A stretch of 64,000 bases of DNA from Bacteroidia bacterium (GCA_039918435.1 JBDSHN010000056.1:7756-71755); one strand, 5' to 3'. Positions 29,187 to 38,841 are shown, counted from the stretch's first letter. The notes: generated from the letters alone by a model not told the origin. Made by a program: numbers and translations.

Positions 29187-31844
29187 ATGAAAAGAGTTAA
29201 ATCTATGAATGAATTTATTTTCAGGTTGCGTAATATTATTTTTACGAAACGAAATTTCGGTATTGCCATTCTCTTTTTGTCAATCGCATTTTCCGACAAA
29301 TCATTCGCTCAGGTAACGCCATCAGCGCAAAACAACAAAGAGGATTCGTTGTATTACACCTGCACCATGCATCCCGAAATACATGCTGCCAAACCGGGGA
29401 ATTGTCCCAAATGCGGAATGACGTTGGTGAAACATAAGCCGAAAGCCACCGCTCCGAAAACAAGTACGGCAACCGTTGCTGATTCGTCTTATTATACCTG
29501 CACCATGCATCCCGAAATACATGCTGCCAAACCAGAGAATTGTCCCAAATGCGGAATGACGCTCGTGAAACATAATCCAAAAGTTATTGAACCTGCTAAA
29601 ATCCCGGATGTACCAATTAGTACAACAACAGGCCATACAATAATCAACAACAACCCGCCAAGAACCGTTCGTTACGATTTATATATTACAGATACTGTTG
29701 TGAATTTTTCCGGAAAGTCAAAACGTGCGATTGCTGTTAACGGACAAATACCGATGCCTACGCTGGTATTTACGGAAGGAGATACTGCTGAAATTTATGT
29801 TCACAATATGCTCCATGAATCAACCACATTACACTGGCATGGCATCTTTTTACCGAATCAATATGATGGTGTTCCTTATCTTACACAGATGCCGATTGAA
29901 CCAAACACAACTCATCTGTATAAATTTCCCATCATTCAGCACGGAACACATTGGTATCACAGTCACTCCGGATTGCAGGAACAATTGGGAATGTATGGCG
30001 CTATGATTTTAAACAAACGAAATGAATCCGATATTCCAACTATTCCTGTTGTATTGAGTGATTGGACGGATATGAATCCCAAAGAGGCAGATCGCTCGCT
30101 TCATAATGCTTCTGATTGGTTTGCAATTGAAAAAGGAAGTACTCAAAGTTATTCCGAAGCTATTTCAAACGGGTATTTTAAAACCAAAGCCACAAACGAA
30201 TGGAAACGGATGAATGCTATGGATGTAAGCGATGTTGCTTATGATATGTTTTTAGTTAACGGACAAAATCAAAACGAACATCCTGAATTTAAAGCCGGCG
30301 ATAAAGTAAGATTGCGGATTGCAAATGCGGGCGCCTCCTCTTATTTCTGGTTGAATTATGCAGGCGGTAAAATAACTGTTGTTGCAACCGACGGCAATGA
30401 TGTTGAACCTGTAGAGGTGGACAGATTACTTATCGCAGTTTCCGAAACGTATGATATTATCGTAACCATTCCAGATAATAAAAACTATGAATTTCTTGTA
30501 ACACCCGAAGACCGCACCAAGTCGGCCTCCTTATGGCTGGGAAGCGGCGAAAAAGTTTATGCAGATAAATTACCAACACTCAACTATTTTGCCGGTATGC
30601 AAATGATGAATAGAATGATGAAAATGAACGGGAACCTGGAATCGATGGGCATGACAATGAGTAACCAGACGATGGATATGAATATGGTGATGTACCCGGA
30701 AATTACTGGCGGAGAAGATGGAAAGAAAAGAAAAAATCAGGACAAGAATGATACGATGATAATGCAGGCAAGTGAACCGAAAGAAATCATAACCCTGAAT
30801 TATGGAATGTTGAAGGCGACCGAAATAACCACCTTGCCGCCCGGGCCGTTTAAAGAAATGCATTTCGAATTGACAGGCAACATGAACCGCTATGTCTGGA
30901 CATTGGATAATAAAACAATTTCCGAAAGCGATAAGGTATTGATCAGGAAAGGCGAGAATGTCAGAATAATTATTTACAACAATACCATGATGCGGCACCC
31001 GATGCATCTGCATGGGCACGATTTCAGATTGCTCAATGGTCAGGGCGAATATTCGCCAATGAAAAATGTTATTGACATAATGCCCATGGAAACTGATACC
31101 CTGGAATTTGCAGCAACCGAAAGCGGAGATTGGTTTTTTCATTGTCATATTCTTTATCACATGATGAGTGGTATGGGCAGGGTATTCAGCTACGAAAATT
31201 CGCCTCCCAATCCCGAAATTCCAAATCCGAAATTAGCACAACGAAAATTATTTTCTGGCGACCGGGAATTTCATTTTATGGCCAGGGTAGGAATAGAAAC
31301 CAATGGAAGTGATGGTAAAGCAATGTTTGCACAGACGCGCTGGAAACTTGAAACCATGTGGCATTTGGGCTATCACGATATGCACGGTTACGAAAGTGAA
31401 ACAATGCTTGGAAGATATATCGGAAAAATGCAGTGGATATATCCCTATGCAGGATTTGATTACCATTATAAAAAAGATGGAGCACCCTCCGATAATTTTT
31501 TTAATCTTGAAAGCAGCCCACGAAATATTTTTGGAAGTGATGCTAAAAACTGGTTTGGACAAGCCAGTAATAAAAATAATCGTCATACAGTAGTCGCTGG
31601 AATTCAATACACATTACCTACGCTGACCGTAGCAGATATAAGGATTGATGGTGATGGGAATTTCCGTTTTCAATTGTCACGGGAAGATATTCCTCTCACG
31701 CCCCGGTTGCGTTTTAACTGGATGATTAATACAGATAAAGAATACATGGCTGGTTTCCGTTATATCGCCACAAAATATATTTCCGTATCAACGCACTATG
31801 ACAGTGACATGGGTTATGGTATCGGGATGACGTTTACTTATTAA
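29187..31844 (+). CDS. Multicopper oxidase (CopA-type) with two N-terminal heavy-metal-binding repeats and C-terminal beta-barrel-like region
   Basis: HWHG, WYHSH, HPMHLHGH, HCHILYHM copper motifs; 2x YTCTMHPEI..KP.NCPKCGM. Confidence 0.88.
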   Translation: MKRVKSMNEFIFRLRNIIFTKRNFGIAILFLSIAFSDKSFAQVTPSAQNNKEDSLYYTCTMHPEIHAAKPGNCPKCGMTLVKHKPKATAPKTSTATVADSSYYTCTMHPEIHAAKPENCPKCGMTLVKHNPKVIEPAKIPDVPISTTTGHTIINNNPPRTVRYDLYITDTVVNFSGKSKRAIAVNGQIPMPTLVFTEGDTAEIYVHNMLHESTTLHWHGIFLPNQYDGVPYLTQMPIEPNTTHLYKFPIIQHGTHWYHSHSGLQEQLGMYGAMILNKRNESDIPTIPVVLSDWTDMNPKEADRSLHNASDWFAIEKGSTQSYSEAISNGYFKTKATNEWKRMNAMDVSDVAYDMFLVNGQNQNEHPEFKAGDKVRLRIANAGASSYFWLNYAGGKITVVATDGNDVEPVEVDRLLIAVSETYDIIVTIPDNKNYEFLVTPEDRTKSASLWLGSGEKVYADKLPTLNYFAGMQMMNRMMKMNGNLESMGMTMSNQTMDMNMVMYPEITGGEDGKKRKNQDKNDTMIMQASEPKEIITLNYGMLKATEITTLPPGPFKEMHFELTGNMNRYVWTLDNKTISESDKVLIRKGENVRIIIYNNTMMRHPMHLHGHDFRLLNGQGEYSPMKNVIDIMPMETDTLEFAATESGDWFFHCHILYHMMSGMGRVFSYENSPPNPEIPNPKLAQRKLFSGDREFHFMARVGIETNGSDGKAMFAQTRWKLETMWHLGYHDMHGYESETMLGRYIGKMQWIYPYAGFDYHYKKDGAPSDNFFNLESSPRNIFGSDAKNWFGQASNKNNRHTVVAGIQYTLPTLTVADIRIDGDGNFRFQLSREDIPLTPRLRFNWMINTDKEYMAGFRYIATKYISVSTHYDSDMGYGIGMTFTY
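29343..29578 (+). repeat. 98-bp intragenic duplication (HMBD-coding)
   Basis: 29343-29440 versus 29481-29578, about 8 mismatches counted by eye. Confidence 0.85.
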
Positions 31845-31882
31845 AGGTTTGAACGACAAATGTTTTAACTTATCTTTAGGGT

Positions 31883-32362
31883 ATGTTTAGAGCACTGCTG
31901 ATCTCATCCTTCGTTGTGTTTCTTTCTGGGAACATACATTTATCCGCACAATGTGTAGATAGTACGCAGGTTCAATATGGCGCTTATTGCGATCCGCAGT
32001 GGATTCCCGTATGCGGTTGTGATGGAATTACCTACAGGAATGATTGTTTTTCACGTAACCAGGGTTTGCAGCAATGGAGCTATGGAATTTGTGAGGCGAT
32101 TGATTTTGATTTTAATCCGAATCCTGCCGATCCTTTTAATGAAAACGTTTATGTGGATGTAATCATAAAAACGCCGGGCTATATGCAGGTTCAACTAATG
32201 GACCGCTTCGGGCGTATTTTTTATTCTACCTCTTATGTAAATCCGGGAGAGATGACTTTCCAGATGGGTGTCAGGGGTTTTCCTGCGGGATTATATTACA
32301 TTCTTATCTTTTGCGCTGATGGATACAAAGTGCGCAAGCTGATGATCGCTGATAATATATAG
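31883..32362 (+). CDS. Kazal-type domain protein with T9SS-like C-terminus
   Basis: Signal peptide; CDPQWIPVCGCDGITYRNDC; FNPNP...GLYYILI. Confidence 0.7.
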   Translation: MFRALLISSFVVFLSGNIHLSAQCVDSTQVQYGAYCDPQWIPVCGCDGITYRNDCFSRNQGLQQWSYGICEAIDFDFNPNPADPFNENVYVDVIIKTPGYMQVQLMDRFGRIFYSTSYVNPGEMTFQMGVRGFPAGLYYILIFCADGYKVRKLMIADNI

Positions 32363-32487
32363 ATCCGGCCAGCACTGTTTTCCTTTTTCATTTCTCAATT
32401 TAAAATCCACATGGAAATTAAATTCGAATAGGTCACAAAGCTTGATCGTATGGAGACAGATACTATTCAACCGACCGAATTTTAATT

Positions 32488-32553
32488 TGCTAATGACAAA
32501 TTGCAAATGAGGAATGTTTGAATTTTTGCGATTTGCACATTGTCACATTAGCA
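32488..32553. repeat. Low-complexity imperfect inverted repeat
   Basis: TGCTAATGACAAATTGCAAAT faces ATTTGCACATTGTCACATTAGCA. Confidence 0.5.
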
Positions 32554-32626
32554 CATTTTTTTTCCTGCCTTATGGAATCCTTCAAATCCCCGCATCTCAT
32601 AGCTGAATCTTCAAAAAAGACAGCTT

Positions 32627-33490
32627 ATGCAGTATGTAATTTCTCTCCTCCGGCGGCCCGCGTGGCTAAGTGTATTTCAACCTTTCCGCAATGCCATTGA
32701 TTGGTTTAAAAGCGATGCAAGGCATTACCAGGTTTTATTTCAACTGAGCTTTTTACTCTACGGAATTTTCGCGCTGGATTGGGAAATTCCATTGATGCGT
32801 TTTAATATTGTTATTCTCGCTTGCCTTGCCACGCAGACTTTGTTTATTCTGTTTAAAACTAAAGACTGGACTGGGCTAAAAAGTGCGCTCATAACTGCAT
32901 TCAGCTTATGCTTGATGCTTGCAGCGAACAGCACATGGACATTTGTACTTGCAGCAGTACTTGGCATTTCAAGTAAATTTTTTCTGAAAATAAACGGTCG
33001 ACATATTTTCAATCCGGCCAATTTCGGTATCATGATCACGCTGCTGATCACAGGCGACGCATGGATCTCTCCCGGGCAATGGGGAAGCAATGCAATATTG
33101 CTGATGCTTGTTGGCTGCACAGGGCTTGTTGTATTGCTGAAAGTAAAACGGCTTGATACGGCATTCGCATTTCTCATTGCATTCCTCGGATTAAGTTTCA
33201 TCCGCAATATTCTTTATCTCGGATGGCCGCTTGATTTTTTCTGGCACCAGTTCAGCACCGGTTCACTTTTACTTTTTGCATTCTTCATGATTACCGATCC
33301 GATGTCAACGCCTTCCGCAAGACCCGCACGAATCATCTGGGCATTGCTCGTTGGCGCATTGAGCTGGTACATCTCCACAAAACTTTTCGTCCACATCGCT
33401 CCGTTATGGGCACTCTTTGTATTGAGTCCGCTGGTTCCGGTGTTTGATCGATTTTTCAAAGAGGAAAAATTCAGGTGGGGTAAAAGTTAG
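32627..33490 (+). CDS. Stand-alone RnfD/NqrB-like membrane protein
   Basis: Multiple TM helices; HIFNPANFG and FFMITDPMSTP motifs typical of RnfD/NqrB. Confidence 0.7.
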   Translation: MQYVISLLRRPAWLSVFQPFRNAIDWFKSDARHYQVLFQLSFLLYGIFALDWEIPLMRFNIVILACLATQTLFILFKTKDWTGLKSALITAFSLCLMLAANSTWTFVLAAVLGISSKFFLKINGRHIFNPANFGIMITLLITGDAWISPGQWGSNAILLMLVGCTGLVVLLKVKRLDTAFAFLIAFLGLSFIRNILYLGWPLDFFWHQFSTGSLLLFAFFMITDPMSTPSARPARIIWALLVGALSWYISTKLFVHIAPLWALFVLSPLVPVFDRFFKEEKFRWGKS

Positions 33491-33622
33491 GTGGTAAAGA
33501 AGCTGGTAGTTGGTGGTAAAAAAACAAATCAACTACCGCGATTACCAACCACAATTCTTTTGAAGCACCAACCAATTTTTTATAAAAAATCGCTCCGTCA
33601 ACCAATCACTAAATTCATTCAC

Positions 33623-35113
33623 ATGAAAAAGATCATATTAACTATCGTCACCTTTTCCCTTGCTATAAATGGTTTCACATTTTGCGGATTCTACGTAGCT
33701 AAAGCGGACACAAAACTTTTTAATAAAACCTCGCAGGTTATTATTTGTCGCGACGGAAATATAAGCACCATCACCATGTCGAGCGATTTCGAAGGTGATG
33801 TGAAAGATTTCGCCATGGTCGTTCCTGTTCCTGTTGTGCTTGAGAAAAAAGACATACGGGTAGTGGAACGTTCGCTGTTCGATAAGCTCGATGCATATTC
33901 ATCACCACGGCTTGTTGAATATTACGATGAAGATCCGTGTAATACATACCGGTATTATAATTATCCGATGTCATCTGCCGGAGCTATGTATGATGATAGT
34001 ATGACGTTAGAATCCGAGACCACAAAAGATGTAAAGTATCATGTCACAATAGAAGCAAAATATACGGTTGGCGAATATGATATTTTAATTCTTTCTGCAA
34101 AGGAATCGGGCGGGCTTGAAATGTGGCTGACTGATAATGGCTACAAAATTCCACCCGGTGCGAAAGAAGTGCTTGATCCTTATATTAAAAGCAATATGAA
34201 ATTTTTTGTGGCAAAAGTAAATCTTGGCGAATACACGAATGCAGGAGCAGTTCCGCTTCGTCCGATCCAGGTTACTTTTGATTCACCAAAATTTATGCTG
34301 CCAATCCGTTTGGGGATGGCGAACGCAGACGGCGACCAGGATATGATCGTGTATGCGTTTTCAAAAACAGGACGCATTGAAACAACGAATTATCGCACAG
34401 TGCAGGTTCCGACAGATATGAAAGTGCCGTTGTTCGTTGCAAATGAATTCGGACCGTTCTACAAAGACCTGTACACACGCGCATGGAGACGTGAAGAAAA
34501 AGATGTCGTGTTTTTAGAATACGCATGGGAAGTAAGCCCGATGCAGAACGTATTTTGTGATCCATGCGTGGGCGATCCGCCGATGGTGCAGGAATTAAAA
34601 GAGTCGGGCGTAACATGGCTAACTTCGCAGGGACAGGATTATCACACGGGTGGGAATGTGTATGACGGCAAAGTTTATTTCACGCGCCTGCATATCACTT
34701 ACAGCCGCACTACTTTTCCGCAGGATCTTATGTTCCAGGAAACGCCGAACAAAAGCAACTGGCAGGCACGTTATGTTTTAACACATCCTGCATCGAGTGG
34801 TTTTGATTGCGAAAAAGGCCAGACTTACCTGCACGAATTAAGAAAAAGACGCTGGGATGAATTGTATACTTATCAATGGTTAACAGGCCGAGACATTAAC
34901 ACGCACCTGGATTACCCGGTTGAATACAATCAATTTCTCAAGAAAAAAGATCATAAAGACGAAGGTGTAATGCCGAATACATTCACAACTCCGACGACAA
35001 ATAATCCGAATGGGGGAGGAGGAATGGGAGTCATTTTCCTTTCGATGGGAACGATGCTTGCGATTTTCTTTGCGCTTTCGAGGACGAGAGTTCAGAAGAC
35101 GGAGGTGGCTTAG
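33623..35113 (+). CDS. DUF2330-like exported protein with C-terminal membrane anchor
   Basis: Signal peptide, FCGFYV, FAMVVPVP, FVAKVN, CDPC; start moved to the ATG at 33623 past a low-complexity spacer. Confidence 0.75.
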   Translation: MKKIILTIVTFSLAINGFTFCGFYVAKADTKLFNKTSQVIICRDGNISTITMSSDFEGDVKDFAMVVPVPVVLEKKDIRVVERSLFDKLDAYSSPRLVEYYDEDPCNTYRYYNYPMSSAGAMYDDSMTLESETTKDVKYHVTIEAKYTVGEYDILILSAKESGGLEMWLTDNGYKIPPGAKEVLDPYIKSNMKFFVAKVNLGEYTNAGAVPLRPIQVTFDSPKFMLPIRLGMANADGDQDMIVYAFSKTGRIETTNYRTVQVPTDMKVPLFVANEFGPFYKDLYTRAWRREEKDVVFLEYAWEVSPMQNVFCDPCVGDPPMVQELKESGVTWLTSQGQDYHTGGNVYDGKVYFTRLHITYSRTTFPQDLMFQETPNKSNWQARYVLTHPASSGFDCEKGQTYLHELRKRRWDELYTYQWLTGRDINTHLDYPVEYNQFLKKKDHKDEGVMPNTFTTPTTNNPNGGGGMGVIFLSMGTMLAIFFALSRTRVQKTEVA

Positions 35114-35114
35114 G

Positions 35115-35173
35115 AATTCAATAATTCAATCTTGTCCGTAGGACACCTACGGACAAGATTGAATTATTGAATT
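35115..35173. repeat. Perfect 28-bp-stem palindrome
   Basis: AATTCAATAATTCAATCTTGTCCGTAGG-ACA-CCTACGGACAAGATTGAATTATTGAATT. Confidence 0.9.
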
Positions 35174-35236
35174 GAAAAAATCCCTGCTGTGAGGTGGGTT
35201 TTTTTGTTTAAATAAAATCATACATTTATCAACCCC

Positions 35237-37354
35237 ATGAAATTAGCTTATCCAAAATCACCTTCTGGTTTTCCTGCCGAGCTTACGCAAACGAGTTCAG
35301 CTTATCATAAAGGCATCAAGCGATCAATCTTAAGTGTAATGCTTTTTTTGTTTGTGTATGCTCTCTTTATTTTTATCAACATCGCAGCTATTGCTTTTAT
35401 TGTAGACCTGGTTTTACATGAAGTACTTCACCCCCTACCGTTTTTCTTTTTGCTTATTGTGTTACTTATTGTGTTGGGACTACAAATCAATTTTTTAATA
35501 TTTGAAAAGAAATCGGACACAGATATTTCTATTGAAATCACAAGAGAGAACGAGCCAGGTTTGTTTTTATTTATTGATAAGTTATGTGATGAGGTTGGGT
35601 CACGTCGTCCTGGTAAAATTGTTGTTTCACATCGTAATAATGCAAGTGTATTTGAAAAAACAAGTTTCTGGGGTCTGATTGTACCTCCGAAGAAAAATCT
35701 CGAAATAGGTCTTACGCTCATTGCTTCGTTGGATATCGTTGAGTTCAAAGCTGTATTAGCACATGAGTTTGGCCATTTTTCCCAATCCGCTGCGCGTGTC
35801 GCTCCTTATGTTTATTCTGCTAACCGCGTTATAGGGCAAATGGTTTATTCCCGTGAATTTTGGAACGGATCTTTTTCAGAAGTCGCAAATCTGAATTGGG
35901 TTTTTTCCATTGTAGGACGACTTATTTTTGAGTTCGGTCGGTTGCAGCGATATGTATTTATAAAGGTATATAACTATATGAATAAAACTTATATGCAGCT
36001 TTCACGTGAAATGGAATTTCATGCCGACTCGATTGCAGTAAGCACTACTGGGAATGTTCCTATTATTTCCGGATTAAAAAGGTTGGTTTTTGCTGATTAT
36101 TGCCTTAATGGATTTAATAATTATATAGCGAAAGGTTTGGAAGAAGAAAATTGCCTCCCGGATAATTATTTTAAATCGTACGCTGACTTTGTTAGTGATT
36201 TCATTGCATCTAATCATTTTAAAAGTTCCGAAAATGGTTTAGTGAGGGTGACGGAAGAGGATATGCTTGATTTCTTTCCGGAAAGAAAGCTTGTTTATAA
36301 AAATTTATGGGAATCCCACCCTTCGATTTTGGAGCGTGAGAAAAATACTAACCGGATTTTAATTGAAAGCACGGTGGATGATTCACCTGCTTATTTGCTT
36401 TTTCAAAATTGGGAGAAGCTTACTGAAAATTTGTCTGGAATGTTGATGAGAACACAAATAAAATCAATGGAATTAAAACCTGTAATTATTCCATCGGATG
36501 AGTATAGTGTCAAAATATTTAAGTGGCTTAGCAAAGAAATTATTCCAAAACGTTATAATGGCTTGTATAATTCAAGGATAATTGCCCGTATAAAGACTAA
36601 CGAAATTGTAACAAACCCACTTAAAGCACTGGAATTTGATCAGATCATAGGCGATCCCGAAAAGACGTTGGCATTAAAATTCAAAACATTACGGATGGAT
36701 ATTTCGGATCTTATTGCAATAGGCCAAAAAAACCTAGATGTAAACATCTTTGAATACGACAATGAAAAATATAAATGGAAGGATGCACCTGAGCTTATTG
36801 TAGAATTGACTGCGCAGCGGGATGATTGTAAAAAAATTCTTGAACAAAAAGACGGGGAGATTTTCATGTATCACTGGCATAAGGCAAAAATTAATCCTGC
36901 TTTATTTGAAGAGCTTGTGTTGGCGGGCAAAAACCATGAAAACCTTTTTTCAATGTTGGATGAACTGGAGCCTATAAGAGAACTGCTCATTCCTTTGATG
37001 CAGGATTTTTACACAAGAGAGCAAATTTTTCGTTATGATCAAGCTGCTTTTGCTCCTGGTTTTGATAAAGCAATGCGAAAGTTTTATCAAGCGATGAAAA
37101 ATATTGAAACGTTAGCTTTTACCTCTGCCATAGGGGATATAAAAATTGAAAAAGGAATTATCAACCATATCTGGAAAGGTAAAACGCCGGAACCGGTTAG
37201 TCCTGTGTTTACATATGAAATAATGGAGGTTTTTTGGCAGGAATTTACTTTAGCACTTGATAAACTGGCAATACTACAGATCGAAAGCCATATAGTAATT
37301 TTAAATTGCTACGAAAAAATTTATAAACCGAATCCAACAGAAAACGTACACTAA
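35237..37354 (+). CDS. M48-family membrane metallopeptidase
   Basis: AVLAHEFGHF (HExxH), SREMEFHAD, SHPS; N-terminal TM helices; AT-rich (line 35521: 17/60 GC). Confidence 0.8.
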   Translation: MKLAYPKSPSGFPAELTQTSSAYHKGIKRSILSVMLFLFVYALFIFINIAAIAFIVDLVLHEVLHPLPFFFLLIVLLIVLGLQINFLIFEKKSDTDISIEITRENEPGLFLFIDKLCDEVGSRRPGKIVVSHRNNASVFEKTSFWGLIVPPKKNLEIGLTLIASLDIVEFKAVLAHEFGHFSQSAARVAPYVYSANRVIGQMVYSREFWNGSFSEVANLNWVFSIVGRLIFEFGRLQRYVFIKVYNYMNKTYMQLSREMEFHADSIAVSTTGNVPIISGLKRLVFADYCLNGFNNYIAKGLEEENCLPDNYFKSYADFVSDFIASNHFKSSENGLVRVTEEDMLDFFPERKLVYKNLWESHPSILEREKNTNRILIESTVDDSPAYLLFQNWEKLTENLSGMLMRTQIKSMELKPVIIPSDEYSVKIFKWLSKEIIPKRYNGLYNSRIIARIKTNEIVTNPLKALEFDQIIGDPEKTLALKFKTLRMDISDLIAIGQKNLDVNIFEYDNEKYKWKDAPELIVELTAQRDDCKKILEQKDGEIFMYHWHKAKINPALFEELVLAGKNHENLFSMLDELEPIRELLIPLMQDFYTREQIFRYDQAAFAPGFDKAMRKFYQAMKNIETLAFTSAIGDIKIEKGIINHIWKGKTPEPVSPVFTYEIMEVFWQEFTLALDKLAILQIESHIVILNCYEKIYKPNPTENVH

Positions 37355-37457
37355 AAACGCCCCCGGACTCCTCCGAAGGCGTTAACATTTGTTACCCCAC
37401 TTTCAACTTCAATTTCAAACTTCAATTTTCAATTTTGCATCTTCAATTTTGCATTTC

Positions 37458-37503
37458 CAATCTTGTCCGTAGGATCCTTACGGAGAATTTTGAATAATTG
37501 AAT
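37458..37503. repeat. Degenerate second copy of the 35115 palindrome
   Basis: CAATCTTGTCCGTAGGA (37458-37474) is identical to 35127-35143 and is followed by TTACGGAGAATTTTGAATAATTGAAT. Confidence 0.75.
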
Positions 37504-37516
37504 TTTGCATCTTCAA

Positions 37517-37909
37517 TTATTTCGAATCCTGGATCTTATCCTCTTCACAGTAATCATCCCAGCCGCATTTATTTAAGCCGCTTTTGAATTTCTCTCTTTC
37601 TTCCGGCGTCATGTTTGCCATTTTTTCTTCCCAGCGTTTTTTCCACATTCCACCCCGGTGATGATCTCTCCATCCGCGAGGCCCGCAGTGACGATGACGA
37701 CCGCCTTTACCACCAAATCCACTGAAGAGAATTTTGCCAAGAATAAGTAAGCCCAGCGCCTGCCAGTAAGTGATCATTTTTAGTCCGAAGATATCCGGCA
37801 TAAGCCAATTCCAGAGTTGCATTGTTACATAACTGAAGCCGAATACGGCAAGCGTTATAACAGCGGCAATGCAAATGCCTTTGAGTATATTTTTTAGTAT
37901 GTAATTCAT
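37517..37909 (-). CDS. Small membrane protein downstream of the ECF sigma factor
   Basis: VMQLWNWLMPDIFGL..ITYWQALGLLIL motif; Gly/His/Arg-rich tail; start moved to the ATG at 37909. Confidence 0.75.
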   Translation of the reverse strand: MNYILKNILKGICIAAVITLAVFGFSYVTMQLWNWLMPDIFGLKMITYWQALGLLILGKILFSGFGGKGGRHRHCGPRGWRDHHRGGMWKKRWEEKMANMTPEEREKFKSGLNKCGWDDYCEEDKIQDSK

Positions 37910-37984
37910 TGTTTTTTGTTTTTTAGTTTGGAGTGTTTTGTTCGGAGATTCTGCCAGGGGTTTGTCTCCGAACGCTAAACTCAT

Positions 37985-38575
37985 TTACGAATTCATGTCA
38001 TCATATATTTCACGCAGGCGTTCTCTTAAATAAAGAACGGCATATCGTTTTCTGGAAAGAAGCGTATTGACGGATACTCCTGATTCTGCGGCCAGCTCCT
38101 TGAAGGGGCGATCTTCAATTTCATTTTGAATGAACACCCAACTTTGTTCTTCAGGCAGCTCGTCGAGAGCCAGCATCAATTCATTCATGATCACGCGGCG
38201 GGCATATTGAGCTTCTGGTCCTGCCGACGCGTCCGGCAACAGGTCATTTAATCCCAATCCTTCATCGCCATCATCGTTCACCCTTTCATAACGCGCCTCG
38301 AGCGATTCGGTGCGGCGTTTTCTGAAAAGGTCAGCGATCTTATTGCGTGCCACACGGTACATCCAACCAGAAACCCGCTCGATCACATTATCTACCCGAA
38401 GATTTTCGGTGAGCTCAATGAAAACATCCTGCAGGATATCTTCTGCGTCTTCCGTTTCGGGAACACGTTTGCGGATAAATTCGAACAAACGACGTCTTTC
38501 TTTGTTGACAGTGTCAGTAAGAATCCGGTTTTGTTCTGCGGCCATTAGTGTCTGATTGTATACCACTTCCTTCAT
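37985..38575 (-). CDS. ECF-type RNA polymerase sigma factor
   Basis: AEDILQDVF, GWMYRVARNKIAD, LDELPEEQ, SVNTLLSRKRYA. Confidence 0.88.
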   Translation of the reverse strand: MKEVVYNQTLMAAEQNRILTDTVNKERRRLFEFIRKRVPETEDAEDILQDVFIELTENLRVDNVIERVSGWMYRVARNKIADLFRKRRTESLEARYERVNDDGDEGLGLNDLLPDASAGPEAQYARRVIMNELMLALDELPEEQSWVFIQNEIEDRPFKELAAESGVSVNTLLSRKRYAVLYLRERLREIYDDMNS

Positions 38576-38698
38576 GTTTATAGTGTGAGGTCGTGGCGGG
38601 ATGGAATATATTTTATTAAAGGTCAACTTTTTTTTGGGAATGAGAAGAAAGGAGCAGGAAAGTGAGGGGCAGGGGGCAGCAGAAAAAAGGGGACGGAA

Positions 38699-38745
38699 TC
38701 CGCCGCGGCGGAGGGACGGGGGACGAAAGAATCCGCCGCGGCGGA
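38699..38745. repeat. Two copies of the 14-bp palindrome TCCGCCGCGGCGGA
   Basis: 38699-38712 and 38732-38745, each followed by GGGACG. Confidence 0.85.
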
Positions 38746-38841
38746 GGGACGAAGAGACGGAAAGAAAAAGAGGCAGGAGGCAGGAAATTCCTCTGCGACC
38801 TCAGCCTCTCTGCGAGAAAACCGGGGGGCGGGGGCGGGGGC

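Larger units (their letters stand above)
19347..31844 (+). other. Heavy-metal resistance gene cluster (probable island)
   Basis: Co-oriented RND efflux, HMA-AraC, HMA-MauE, DUF3347 and multicopper oxidase genes; no integrase or clear att sites. Confidence 0.7.

Noticed and set aside
19208-31853. GGTTTGAA at both ends of the metal cluster as an att site
   Set aside because: Only 8-9 matching bases in AT-rich DNA, expected by chance; no integrase or tRNA.
33491-33622. GTG-started extension of the DUF2330 gene
   Set aside because: It translates a low-complexity intergenic repeat; the signal peptide begins at 33623.
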